Origin: Escherichia phage ukendt
Reading direction: 5' to 3' (one strand)
Sequence record: NC_052661.1
DNA length: 64,000 bases
Shown: positions 18,587 through 27,486 of the stretch, piece by piece
Numbering within the stretch: the first letter of the stretch is position 1
Layout of the letters: each line of letters begins with the position of its first letter
Notes under the pieces: generated by a model
The model's database searches: none
Seen by the model: only the letters and a program-made list of their open reading frames with translations
What the model was told of the DNA's origin: nothing
Position numbers and translations under genes: made by a program

Positions 18587-19027
18587 TTTGAAGGCGTGTC
18601 TGAAAGTTTTTCCTACGCCAATAACTCCGCAATATTTTTCTAAACGTAGATGTTTTAGAATACCTAAGACTTTTGTTTTAGCTGCTTGGAAGGTGTGTCC
18701 GATATCTTCTGGCGGGTATTGCTTATCAATGATTTCGAACTCTTCCTTTGTGAAGGGACGTTTGTTTTTGGAGGCTCTTTCTGCATTTGTATCTCCTAGC
18801 CAACCTCCAATTTTAGTCTTGCTTTTACCCCAAAACTCTGTCTTATTTTTAAATTCCTTTTGAGCACCTGAAGGGATGTGCTTCGCAATGATTGTTCTTT
18901 TCTCTAATGCAGACGCTGCTTGGAAAGCGATCTGATCATAATCAATTGCAGCTATTGTTTCTTCGTTGACATATAAATGAAGATCTTCAGGTTTAATTAA
19001 AATATAACCGCTAATATTTCCCCCTAA
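18587..19027 (-). other. in-frame open extension (147 codons) with no ATG/GTG/TTG
   Basis: hand translation LGGNISGYILIKPEDLHLYVNEETIAAIDYDQ...YCGVIGVGKTFRHAFK runs without a stop into the ATG at 18586; bounded upstream by the in-frame TAA of ORF 19028..19237. Confidence 0.5.
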
Positions 19028-19237
19028 TTATTCATCGTCATCCTCTGTTGAGAATGTTTTAGTATACGGACATTGACGACTTTTCGGGATTGCTATAACT
19101 TCATCTTGGTTAGCGTTAGAATAGTAACAATATTTTGTATTGCCATTAACTTCAGAATCAGACAAGATTAAAGTAATTTGACCTGCTGCTACTGTGAAAC
19201 TAAAAGCTAAAAGAATGACTGTTAGAATCTTTTTCAT
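19028..19237 (-). CDS. small secreted/lipoprotein-like protein (69 aa)
   Basis: signal-peptide-like MKKILTVILLAFSFTVAAGQ; SD GGAGG; directly downstream of a terminator. Confidence 0.55.
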   Translation of the reverse strand: MKKILTVILLAFSFTVAAGQITLILSDSEVNGNTKYCYYSNANQDEVIAIPKSRQCPYTKTFSTEDDDE

Positions 19238-19247
19238 AACGCCTCCT

Positions 19248-19276
19248 AAAAAGCCTACCTCATTAAGTAGGTAGGC
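19248..19276 (-). terminator. intrinsic terminator (minus strand)
   Basis: 8-bp stem GCCTACCT/AGGTAGGC, 8-nt loop, followed by UUUUUA on minus-strand transcript. Confidence 0.55.
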
Positions 19277-19309
19277 ATAGTATCATAACTAATCCCGCAA
19301 GTCAAGAAC

Positions 19310-20188
19310 TTATTTAAGGATTGTTGCTTTGGTTAAATCTTCCATCAGACCTCGAATCTCATTGAAGCACAGAAGGACTGAAGCTTCAATACTGCCTTCT
19401 TCGTCTGCAAAATATTTCGGAAAACGTAGTTTAGAAAGTTTAAACTCTTTATCCACTACAAAATCTACAACACCGTCATATTCAAGACCGATTGCAACAA
19501 CATCTTTACCATCTTCTTTTAGTTCGACAGCTTTAGACTCGTATAGGGATTCTTTACTCCAAACAACAACGCCCTCGCTATCCTCCATTTTGATATAATT
19601 TCCTAGAGTAATACGATCTGCTTCGTGATTCTCCAGCAATTCACCAAAACCTTTTACAATAGCTTCTTCGTGCACACTAAAACCTACCGAAGGGAAAGTC
19701 CCCAGAACGGAACGGAGGAAAGAAGTAATCTCTTCTGCAACCTTTTTACTTCCATTAAGAACATAAAGAAGATTCGTAGTTTTATCCAAGACAACATAGT
19801 TAAAGAAATCTTCAGGTTCTGTTTCAGGCAATAGTGCAAATTCAATATCTTCTTTCATTGCTTTGACTACTTCTTTATCGACATAAAACTCTTTACCCTC
19901 GCTCTCCATATCCTGACGCATTTCTTCTAGACGTTCATTCAGAATACGTTTAACTTTCTTTTTATCTACCTTCTTCACAGATTGACCTACATTAAGCAGT
20001 TCAAGATCTGAAAACTCTTTTACAAATTTGGAGTCATCTTCGAAACGAACAAGACCGATAGTGTGTGACTGGGAGCCTTCTGCTGTTACAAATTCCAGAG
20101 GAATATCTGTAATGTTGTTAAGGGATGCTACAGAAGCATTGTCACCAACAACCATAGGCAGAGCGGATTTAAAAGATTTTACAAACAT
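19310..20188 (-). CDS. hypothetical protein (292 aa), possibly RdgC-like
   Basis: ORF; weak overall resemblance to recombination-associated RdgC; not verified. Confidence 0.45.
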   Translation of the reverse strand: MFVKSFKSALPMVVGDNASVASLNNITDIPLEFVTAEGSQSHTIGLVRFEDDSKFVKEFSDLELLNVGQSVKKVDKKKVKRILNERLEEMRQDMESEGKEFYVDKEVVKAMKEDIEFALLPETEPEDFFNYVVLDKTTNLLYVLNGSKKVAEEITSFLRSVLGTFPSVGFSVHEEAIVKGFGELLENHEADRITLGNYIKMEDSEGVVVWSKESLYESKAVELKEDGKDVVAIGLEYDGVVDFVVDKEFKLSKLRFPKYFADEEGSIEASVLLCFNEIRGLMEDLTKATILK

Positions 20189-20244
20189 GTTTCCTCCTAT
20201 TTAATACATCTCACATTACCGCCCGTAAAGGGCGGCTTACAACA

Positions 20245-20970
20245 TTACTTGTTAATAATACCTGCAATATTAGGTTTGACAAAGGTCGATGGTTTCATGA
20301 TCTTACCTTTATCATCAAAGAACACATACACTTTCTGTTTTTCATTATAAACAGCATGAACACCAGTGTATGCCCCTTCTGGACGATTGGCATTTCGTTC
20401 TTCAATTGCAGCGCATTCTTGTGCAATGGCTGAATCGATATCCGAAGTTTTCCAAGTTTTCAGCAACTGTTGTTTAGTTGGATACTTGGAATCATTACTT
20501 TTCAATACCTCTTTAATAACTTTCTTTTCTGGATATTTTGAACGGATTAGAGTGTCACGAGACATACGCATAATACCAGCAGCCATTAGTGCCATTTGAA
20601 CTGGCTCTGTAAATGTTTGTTCCAAAGCATCAAAATCAGTATACACAGTTGGAGTAAAAACATCGCCTACAGCATAGTCCAAGAAATTCATCGTATGTTC
20701 TTCACCAAAGAACATGTAAGTCAGATAACTGGATACTACAAAAATATCTGCTGCTGCGTCCAAGAGTTCTACATGATCGTTTACTTTCGCGGCTGTTTCA
20801 TACTCTTTAAGTTCTTCACGAACGAATCCGATTTGGGACATAAATAGCTCTTGAGTGAATTCAGGTTGTTCACCACCTCGTGCTTTGGCATTCCAATCAA
20901 TCACGTGCTTTGCTGCATTTTTGAAAAATTCAGTATCGAATTTAATATCTTTAAAAAAATTCTCGATCAT
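20245..20970 (-). CDS. MazG-like nucleoside triphosphate pyrophosphohydrolase domain protein
   Basis: REELKEYETAAK...VELLDAAADIFVV resembles the MazG ExxE...ExxD motif. Confidence 0.45.
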   Translation of the reverse strand: MIENFFKDIKFDTEFFKNAAKHVIDWNAKARGGEQPEFTQELFMSQIGFVREELKEYETAAKVNDHVELLDAAADIFVVSSYLTYMFFGEEHTMNFLDYAVGDVFTPTVYTDFDALEQTFTEPVQMALMAAGIMRMSRDTLIRSKYPEKKVIKEVLKSNDSKYPTKQQLLKTWKTSDIDSAIAQECAAIEERNANRPEGAYTGVHAVYNEKQKVYVFFDDKGKIMKPSTFVKPNIAGIINK

Positions 20971-20979
20971 TATAACTCC

Positions 20980-21162
20980 TTATTTAAAATAGCTTTCTAG
21001 AAAGTTGCTAATATTTACTACAGTCTCACCCATGTAAATTCCTGCGAAACCGAAAACAAGCATACGTGGAATATTGAAATACCATTTATCCGCTGGAAAA
21101 GATGCCAGAATTACAATAGCAATTGCTATCAGCATCATAAGAATTGTTGCTAAAATTATCAT
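20980..21162 (-). CDS. small membrane protein (60 aa)
   Basis: start at internal ATG with SD GGAGG; ATGA overlap with upstream ORF; two hydrophobic segments. Confidence 0.4.
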   Translation of the reverse strand: MIILATILMMLIAIAIVILASFPADKWYFNIPRMLVFGFAGIYMGETVVNISNFLESYFK

Positions 21163-21353
21163 AAAAATGCCTCCAGGTATTTTGAACAATGATAAGCTAA
21201 GAAACAAGAAACTACCGCATACCCAACTCCAGACATACATGAATCAATCACAACACATACGGTTCTTTTCTTTGAATTCTTAGGAAAGTTTTCCGAAGCA
21301 TTCATACAATAAAAAGAAAGCACACTGAAAACAATTAAAATGGCTAAGAACAT
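21159..21353 (-). CDS. small membrane protein (64 aa)
   Basis: hydrophobic N-terminus MFLAILIVFSVLSFY. Confidence 0.4.
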   Translation of the reverse strand: MFLAILIVFSVLSFYCMNASENFPKNSKKRTVCVVIDSCMSGVGYAVVSCFLAYHCSKYLEAFL

Positions 21354-21362
21354 TTTTCCTCC

Positions 21363-22490
21363 TTACTCTGCTGGTTCCCAAGTGCCTGGGATCATTTCTC
21401 GAATACGAACACCAACAGGTTTTGTTGGAATACCTTCATCTGAAAATTCTTCATACTCTATTTCAACGAACTGATTAATCAAGGTAGAAGCATTCTCTGC
21501 TTTACGATAATTGATAGTCTCATGAGCATCTTTACGCATTAAGAATTCGACTACTTTACCATTTTCCATCTCACCTGTCAACACTCCATCACCATTTTTA
21601 TCACTTTTTGAATTTGTTACTTTAACTTCAAGGGTGTGGCGAGGCTTACGTTTAATAACGTCATAAGAACGTTTATCAAATTCGTAAACTCCGTTAGCAT
21701 TACGATATACTACACCTTCAGCTTTCTCAAGTAAAGCTTTTTCATAGAAAGCATCAAACTGTTCTTGGTTTTCAATATACTCTGTATGAACTACGCAAAT
21801 AAGCTCGTCAAGACCATAATCTTCAACTACTGCCTTAAGAGCAGCAAGAACATCAACACGTTTTTCAAACGGTAGATCTGGAACTGGAATATCATATACG
21901 TAATAATTCAGCAAAGGTGTATTTGCATTATGCTTCTTCCAGGCACTGTTAATTTGTTGCAGACTAAGGACACCTAACCCAGCAAACACTTCACCATCAA
22001 GAGGATGACCAACAACTTCACTAATAAAGTTTGGAATACCTTTCCAATGAGGTGGCAGGTTATACACTTCCCCAGCTTTTGATAAACACTCTCCTTTCAT
22101 GTTAATCATAGAACGTAACCCGTTCAGTTTGTATTGTGCATAACCAGGGAACACAACCCTTTCAGGATAATCTTTATAATCCTGGCATTTCATTGGTGTG
22201 GAAGGAACATGGTTTTCAGCTTCTTCTTTTGTTTTATAATAGCCATTCTTTAACTGTTTTGTCCATTTGGCAAAAGCTTCAAGTTCAGCTTGTTCTTCCG
22301 GTGTTGTTTCATTGGAACGACCAATGTTTTTTGCTTCTGCTGTATAAGATTTTTCTGTGATTTTTCCACCTACTCTTCCATGAGCTACAGTAACAACTGC
22401 ACCATCTGTATACACTGTCCACTGTTTAAGTTTTCCTTTTGAATCTTTACCATACAGCGTTTGATTTGTTTGTTGCATCAGTCCTCCCAT
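21363..22490 (-). CDS. ATP-dependent polynucleotide ligase (covalent nucleotidyltransferase; RNA- or DNA-ligase)
   Basis: motif I YKLNGLR (KxNG), motif III LDGEVF, motif IV EGVVYR, motif V DVIKRK; 375 aa. Confidence 0.6.
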   Translation of the reverse strand: MGGLMQQTNQTLYGKDSKGKLKQWTVYTDGAVVTVAHGRVGGKITEKSYTAEAKNIGRSNETTPEEQAELEAFAKWTKQLKNGYYKTKEEAENHVPSTPMKCQDYKDYPERVVFPGYAQYKLNGLRSMINMKGECLSKAGEVYNLPPHWKGIPNFISEVVGHPLDGEVFAGLGVLSLQQINSAWKKHNANTPLLNYYVYDIPVPDLPFEKRVDVLAALKAVVEDYGLDELICVVHTEYIENQEQFDAFYEKALLEKAEGVVYRNANGVYEFDKRSYDVIKRKPRHTLEVKVTNSKSDKNGDGVLTGEMENGKVVEFLMRKDAHETINYRKAENASTLINQFVEIEYEEFSDEGIPTKPVGVRIREMIPGTWEPAE

Positions 22491-22699
22491 TTAAAAACTG
22501 AAATTTTCAATCTATTACACACTTCATCCAAATCTGCGTCGAGTAACGTTGTAGATGTTGCCAATATGTAATCAATGCTTGTGAAACCTTGTCCTTTGGC
22601 ATAGTCAAGCATATCTTCATACATATCTTCAAGATCACCGTCATCAAAAGTAGCTAGAAAATCCTCGTCTCCGCTACGAACATAAAATGCAGTACTCAT
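22478..22699 (-). CDS. hypothetical highly acidic protein (73 aa)
   Basis: ORF; D/E-rich. Confidence 0.45.
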   Translation of the reverse strand: MSTAFYVRSGDEDFLATFDDGDLEDMYEDMLDYAKGQGFTSIDYILATSTTLLDADLDEVCNRLKISVFKWED

Positions 22700-22887
22700 T
22701 CTTCTTCATCCCAAGATTCAAAAGCACAACAATCATCGGTTTCTATAATACCAACACGTCCGCAGGTATTGCAAGTGATTTTATCCCCGTAGAATAAATA
22801 ATTTTTATCACCCTCTGTGTTTACAGTTATGTCATTACTACCACAAGGGCAAGTCAGCCAACCAACAACAACGATATCTTTTTTCAT
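22696..22887 (-). CDS. small zinc-ribbon protein (63 aa)
   Basis: CPCG...CNTCG Cys pairs. Confidence 0.45.
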   Translation of the reverse strand: MKKDIVVVGWLTCPCGSNDITVNTEGDKNYLFYGDKITCNTCGRVGIIETDDCCAFESWDEEE

Positions 22888-22896
22888 AATCCCTCC

Positions 22897-23223
22897 TTAA
22901 GCGTTAAGTTCGTTGTTGAGTTCGTAAATCTCTTCTTGAAGAGCATCAATCTCTTCCTCCAAACGGGAGATCTCTTCTCTTAGATATACCATTTCGGATT
23001 CTTTCTCTTCTAATTCATTTTCAAATTTTACTTTATTAGCCTCATTTTCATAATGCAGTTCAGCGTAATCATCACGCATTTGTTCAATAAGATGAATCAG
23101 AGACAAGATATAATTGTCTCCCGTTTCATCACGCCACTCTTCACCGTGACGGAGAACGGTAATTCGTCCAGTATCTTCATCTAAAATTGTCTCATATTTA
23201 CGATCATCTGTATAAATCTGCAT
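22897..23223 (-). CDS. coiled-coil protein (108 aa)
   Basis: heptad-like EEISRLEEEIDALQEEIYELNNE. Confidence 0.45.
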   Translation of the reverse strand: MQIYTDDRKYETILDEDTGRITVLRHGEEWRDETGDNYILSLIHLIEQMRDDYAELHYENEANKVKFENELEEKESEMVYLREEISRLEEEIDALQEEIYELNNELNA

Positions 23224-23232
23224 TATTTCTCC

Positions 23233-23637
23233 TTATTGAAGTTTAAGTGAACCACGAAGACGTTTCTCTTGCTGATCACGGATATATTGTGGAACCTCGT
23301 GAATTGAATCATTACCGTGCCTATTTTCAACAACTAAAGAGATAACTTGATAACCAAACTCTTCAGCAAGAGCTAGATAAGGTTTAAGTTCTTTCTCTGT
23401 GGTTGAAGTATTAGAAACAATAATCTTGTTAAGATTAGATGCCATAGCATCACGAACAATACCCTGACACCATGCGTGTGCTTTACCTACATTTTCTGGC
23501 TTCCAATCGTAAACACCACTCTCTGTGTAATGATATTGATCTGCCTCACAGATAGGCCAATAACCTTCAGAAATAATTTCTGCTACTGTAGATTTACCAG
23601 CACCTGAAACGCCACGTAAAATGATAAGTTGTTTCAT
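23233..23637 (-). CDS. polynucleotide 5'-kinase (Pnk-type P-loop kinase domain)
   Basis: P-loop GVSGAGKST; KIIVSNTSTTEKE parallels T4 Pnkp kinase VIISDTNLNPERR; TAATG overlap with ligase stop. Confidence 0.65.
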   Translation of the reverse strand: MKQLIILRGVSGAGKSTVAEIISEGYWPICEADQYHYTESGVYDWKPENVGKAHAWCQGIVRDAMASNLNKIIVSNTSTTEKELKPYLALAEEFGYQVISLVVENRHGNDSIHEVPQYIRDQQEKRLRGSLKLQ

Positions 23638-24570
23638 TTATCCTCCAAAAAAGTTTTCGATTTTTTCACGTCGCTCTTGCTGATTTAAAGCAGCCCATTG
23701 AATCTTCGTAAAATTATTTCGAATCCATTCTAACAAAGCGTAATATTCTTCGTCAACCATTTGTTTGGCATTTTTTGGATTATCCCAAATCAGATCCCAC
23801 TTTTTATCTCCACCGCGCATAAGAAACTTCTTAGTAAGATAGTGTGGTGATTTAATTTTTAAAAGTAAGTTGAACGGATAGTTTGTTTCACGAACTACAA
23901 ACCCTTCGTGTTTACAATGTTTAGACATTTCAACAACATCTGAAAACTTAACCATTGGATGAACTTCAGGACGCTTAAATTTGGTGACAGAAGCAATTCC
24001 ATCAAGAGCACCTTCAGGTAACATAAAACTTGTCCCATCAGGATTTTGAATTCTGGCACCAATTAAGTATGCACCTGGTTCTTCTTCGACAATATGCGGA
24101 TCAGAAGGATCACAGATTTCAAAAAGGAAAGTTGCTTTTGCGCTCTCTGTCCATTTGATGAAATGTTCTATGTCATCACACTCTGAAACAATATGATTCT
24201 TTGCAATACTTGCAAAATCTGATTCAAGGCTTCCTGTTGTCGATACAATAAGTTGACCTTTATATACACCTACAGAGGCCATAAAACCATTTACTTTACG
24301 AACCACATCTACAAGTTCATCCGCTGGTAGATCTGTGCCATTCTCAAAACGATTAAAAATCTTAGTGAAAGGCCAAATAACAACATTGTCATCAGCATCA
24401 ACAACGATTCCGCGACATTCTAGAAGACGAGAATCAATGCTCCATAAGTTATCCCAGAAAACTTTGTTCTTATACTTAAGAACAGATAGACCAGAATACT
24501 CTCCTTCTTTATATGTTTTCTTATGAACTAAACCTTTTTCAACCAAATCGTCGCAATTAAATTTAGTCAC
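23638..24570 (-). CDS. RNA ligase, Rnl1 family
   Basis: LLECRGIVVDADDN vs T4 Rnl1 ALECRGIMFEMDGE; motif I RKVNGFMASV vs TKEDGSLVST; PFTKIFN vs PMEKFFN; GTG start. Confidence 0.75.
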   Translation of the reverse strand: MTKFNCDDLVEKGLVHKKTYKEGEYSGLSVLKYKNKVFWDNLWSIDSRLLECRGIVVDADDNVVIWPFTKIFNRFENGTDLPADELVDVVRKVNGFMASVGVYKGQLIVSTTGSLESDFASIAKNHIVSECDDIEHFIKWTESAKATFLFEICDPSDPHIVEEEPGAYLIGARIQNPDGTSFMLPEGALDGIASVTKFKRPEVHPMVKFSDVVEMSKHCKHEGFVVRETNYPFNLLLKIKSPHYLTKKFLMRGGDKKWDLIWDNPKNAKQMVDEEYYALLEWIRNNFTKIQWAALNQQERREKIENFFGG

Positions 24571-24571
24571 A

Positions 24572-25123
24572 TTACTCTCCTTTGATTATTTTGTGATGGT
24601 CTACAGTCACGATATCTCGTTTACTCATCATAGAAATTATCTCATCAAAATGCAAGATTTTTCCGTGTGCATCCCAACCCACATCTAACATTTTACCATA
24701 AGCTTCATCAGGGAAAGATCCGTGGGAATGCCCATGTAGCATGATTGATCCACGACCTTGTTTATTCCAGGAGGCAATAGGGTAATGACTTAAGACGAAG
24801 AACAGCTTCTGGTATTTCACTTCGTCATAATACACCACTTCGCCATACTCTGCAAGCACTTCTCGGTGTTTGCTGTAGTCATGGTTCCCAACACAGTAGG
24901 TGATATCTCCTTGGAGACGGGAAGCAATTTTACGGGTATCTTCTTCAGTTCCGAAACAGAAGTCGCCCAAATGCCACATCTTAACACCAGGAGTAGTAGC
25001 ACATTTGTTCCATGCTTCGATCAAGGCTTCTGTCATGTGGTCCATATCTTCCCACGGACGATATTCAGGAGCAAACTCTCGAATACGTTTATGCATAAAA
25101 TGCAAATCGCTTGTAATAAACAT
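24572..25123 (-). CDS. calcineurin-like metallophosphoesterase (candidate RNA 2',3'-phosphoesterase)
   Basis: SDLHF (DxH), LGDF (GD), GNHDY (GNHD), LHGHSHG; 183 aa; separated from ligase stop by 1 nt. Confidence 0.7.
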   Translation of the reverse strand: MFITSDLHFMHKRIREFAPEYRPWEDMDHMTEALIEAWNKCATTPGVKMWHLGDFCFGTEEDTRKIASRLQGDITYCVGNHDYSKHREVLAEYGEVVYYDEVKYQKLFFVLSHYPIASWNKQGRGSIMLHGHSHGSFPDEAYGKMLDVGWDAHGKILHFDEIISMMSKRDIVTVDHHKIIKGE

Positions 25124-25479
25124 TAGTATAATCCCTCGCTAAATAATTCATGATCGTGACCATTACGCTCATGGTCGATCTGGTCAGCATTTTCCGCGAT
25201 GATGTAAGCATCCGCACGACTCCACCAATTGTAATACTGATCGATAAAGCCTTGATTATCTGGTGTGCACAAAGTTTTGTTGATTACACCTGCTTCTTTC
25301 AACACGTTTAACTGTGCATATAGTACAGGATTTGCATGTCGAACACAAGGAATAATTAACTCTTCACCATTATTCAAAATATACTTATTTGCAGCACAGA
25401 CGATAACACGTTGCGCATAATGACCCTCACCCATCCAGGTAAGAGGTTGGTAACAAATATTGTTTTCAATACCACTCAT
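25123..25479 (-). CDS. hypothetical protein (118 aa)
   Basis: ORF with SD GAGGAGGA. Confidence 0.5.
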   Translation of the reverse strand: MSGIENNICYQPLTWMGEGHYAQRVIVCAANKYILNNGEELIIPCVRHANPVLYAQLNVLKEAGVINKTLCTPDNQGFIDQYYNWWSRADAYIIAENADQIDHERNGHDHELFSEGLY

Positions 25480-25485
25480 TGTTTC

Positions 25486-25629
25486 CTAATCCTCCTCTCT
25501 TAAGTTATCCTCGAAAAAACTAGTGTCTGGAAGTAAAAGATCATTACTTGTGTCGGGCCAATCCTCTTCTTCTCGGTAGATAAAGTAACCTTCGTCCTCT
25601 TCTTGTTCCGACCAAACCGAATGATGCAT
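25486..25629 (-). CDS. small acidic protein (47 aa)
   Basis: hand-translated MHHSVWSEQEEDEGYF...; SD AAGGAGAG. Confidence 0.35.
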   Translation of the reverse strand: MHHSVWSEQEEDEGYFIYREEEDWPDTSNDLLLPDTSFFEDNLREED

Positions 25630-25638
25630 GTTCTCTCC

Positions 25639-25995
25639 TTAATAGTGCACACGAATCATTTTAATACCATAACGCAGCATGGATTCTTTTGCAAGCATGA
25701 ATTTATCCCCAGCGGCGGGATTAGAAGTATGCACGAAAATGGTAGGTGAACCAAAGCAAGGTTTACCAAACGCCAAAAGTTCTTCCAGGCGCAGGAAAAC
25801 ATCATACCCATCTTGGTCAGAATCTTCACCCAAATCGTTGTCAAAATGCCACTCGTCTACAAAACGATAACCCTTCTGCACCTCGTTCATGTAGCGAGAG
25901 GCAAGAAGTTCCTGTGATGTTTTAAACCAGATTGCATCTGGACAACCATAATCTTTTGGATCACGTAAATCATCAAGCCAAATAATAGTACCCAT
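25639..25995 (-). CDS. hypothetical alpha/beta-type protein (118 aa)
   Basis: N-terminus MGTIIWLDDLRDP; sits next to the RNA-repair cassette; family not confirmed. Confidence 0.5.
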   Translation of the reverse strand: MGTIIWLDDLRDPKDYGCPDAIWFKTSQELLASRYMNEVQKGYRFVDEWHFDNDLGEDSDQDGYDVFLRLEELLAFGKPCFGSPTIFVHTSNPAAGDKFMLAKESMLRYGIKMIRVHY

Positions 25996-26005
25996 ATAAC
26001 CTCCT

Positions 26006-26476
26006 CTAAGCTGGCATGATTAAAAAAGAACTCTCCACTTCAAAATGCCAATCATCTACAAGCCCTGATTCCCAATCCTTCTCTTCATGGAAAGAGCAAA
26101 TCCAACGGTACATACCTGGCGGTGTATTCTCAACATCTTCTGGCAACCCATAATCCAAAGCTGTCTTACCGTTCTCGGTAAAACCAGGATGGAGATTAGG
26201 AGCTTTCAGTACAGAAACCATACCTCCAACATCTACAGCCACGATCCACTCTGTCATGTATGGGCTGTCATATTGAGGCTCATCAGAACCTACCTCAACA
26301 GCCTCTGTGCGTAAGATGATAATAGCCTGCTCTGTGATTGGGGCTTTGACAATATACCCGTGATCCTCAAAAAGATCGATAACCTCGAACTCATCGCCGT
26401 TTTCGATACCATAGCTCTTATTCAAAGAGATAAACTTCGGGTTATCATCGTAAGCTTTAGTTACTTTAATTTTCAT
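26006..26476 (-). CDS. hypothetical protein (156 aa)
   Basis: ORF in early block. Confidence 0.5.
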   Translation of the reverse strand: MKIKVTKAYDDNPKFISLNKSYGIENGDEFEVIDLFEDHGYIVKAPITEQAIIILRTEAVEVGSDEPQYDSPYMTEWIVAVDVGGMVSVLKAPNLHPGFTENGKTALDYGLPEDVENTPPGMYRWICSFHEEKDWESGLVDDWHFEVESSFLIMPA

Positions 26477-26697
26477 TTTTCCTCCTTCACTTTAACCTCA
26501 AATTCTACAGGCTTACCCTCAATGTAAAAACACTGATACTCTGCCTTATCATCCTCATCACGAGGCCAAGTTACCAAGGAGTTATAGCAATCTTCTGGTG
26601 CTTTGAAGATGGTTTTAGTCTCCACAGTAACATTCCCATTAAGTGTTGCCAATACCACCCACCCAGCTACAGGGATCATAGTGCCTCCACTTTCCAC
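26473..26697 (-). CDS. hypothetical protein (74 aa)
   Basis: ORF; 4-nt overlap. Confidence 0.4.
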   Translation of the reverse strand: MESGGTMIPVAGWVVLATLNGNVTVETKTIFKAPEDCYNSLVTWPRDEDDKAEYQCFYIEGKPVEFEVKVKEEK

Positions 26698-26858
26698 GTT
26701 TTACCCTTATCAACCAAGGTCTTTGCTACAGCATACTCCTTCCCATTAACAATGAAATAATAAACTATAAAAGATTTTCCGATTGTTACTGTCTTAGTAA
26801 CCTCTACGCGTTTAACACCTTGCATGTATTTCGCCTTACCGGAATAAAGTAAAATCAT
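26676..26858 (-). CDS. hypothetical protein (60 aa)
   Basis: ORF; overlaps neighbours. Confidence 0.35.
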   Translation of the reverse strand: MILLYSGKAKYMQGVKRVEVTKTVTIGKSFIVYYFIVNGKEYAVAKTLVDKGKTWKVEAL

Positions 26859-27136
26859 TTTGCATTCCTCTTATTATTGATAACATCCATAGCAGTATAT
26901 GGTTTATTAGTGCCATGATACTCCAGAATCATTGGAGAGCCTTCTTGCACTACTTCAAAAATACCATAAACAGAACTTTCAGCAAATACCATTTGCTTCG
27001 TGCCTTCATCGTTTACAACGAGAGAAAACTTCTTGCCTGTCCCGTTGAGGATCTCGTATTTCTTGCCAGCAGTGAATAATCCAGAGTACCACTCGTTATC
27101 TGTTGCTTTTACACACTTCAGGAAAGTCTTGATCAT
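26855..27136 (-). CDS. hypothetical protein (93 aa)
   Basis: ORF. Confidence 0.45.
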   Translation of the reverse strand: MIKTFLKCVKATDNEWYSGLFTAGKKYEILNGTGKKFSLVVNDEGTKQMVFAESSVYGIFEVVQEGSPMILEYHGTNKPYTAMDVINNKRNAK

Positions 27137-27486
27137 TTCTTTTTGCTCCTCTTTTTAGATTTCTCATACAAACCTAACACAGCCGCCTCTTTTGCACAAG
27201 TAGGAACTGAAGTCATTCCTCTTCGTTTTGCTTCTGGTAGTTGCAAAGTCCATATTCCCCACCAATAAATTTGGTCTGCCGTGAGTGGTTCAGCCATTGG
27301 ATCTGCCTCCTGCTCCTCAAGACGTTGCAACGCTTCTTCAATCTTCTCGATTGGTGTGTCAAAGACGAATGCCTCCGTATCAAATTTATCTTTCTTAGGA
27401 ACTGATTTGGCTACTTTGAGAACCTCGTTTTTCGGTTTCTTAGTAACGTTCTTTGGCTTTGATAACTTCTTCGGTGTTTTCGCCAC
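27133..27486 (-). CDS. lysine-rich putative nucleic-acid-binding protein (117 aa)
   Basis: K-rich N- and C-termini (MAKTPKKLSKPKNVTKKPK...KKRSKKK). Confidence 0.45.
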   Translation of the reverse strand: MAKTPKKLSKPKNVTKKPKNEVLKVAKSVPKKDKFDTEAFVFDTPIEKIEEALQRLEEQEADPMAEPLTADQIYWWGIWTLQLPEAKRRGMTSVPTCAKEAAVLGLYEKSKKRSKKK

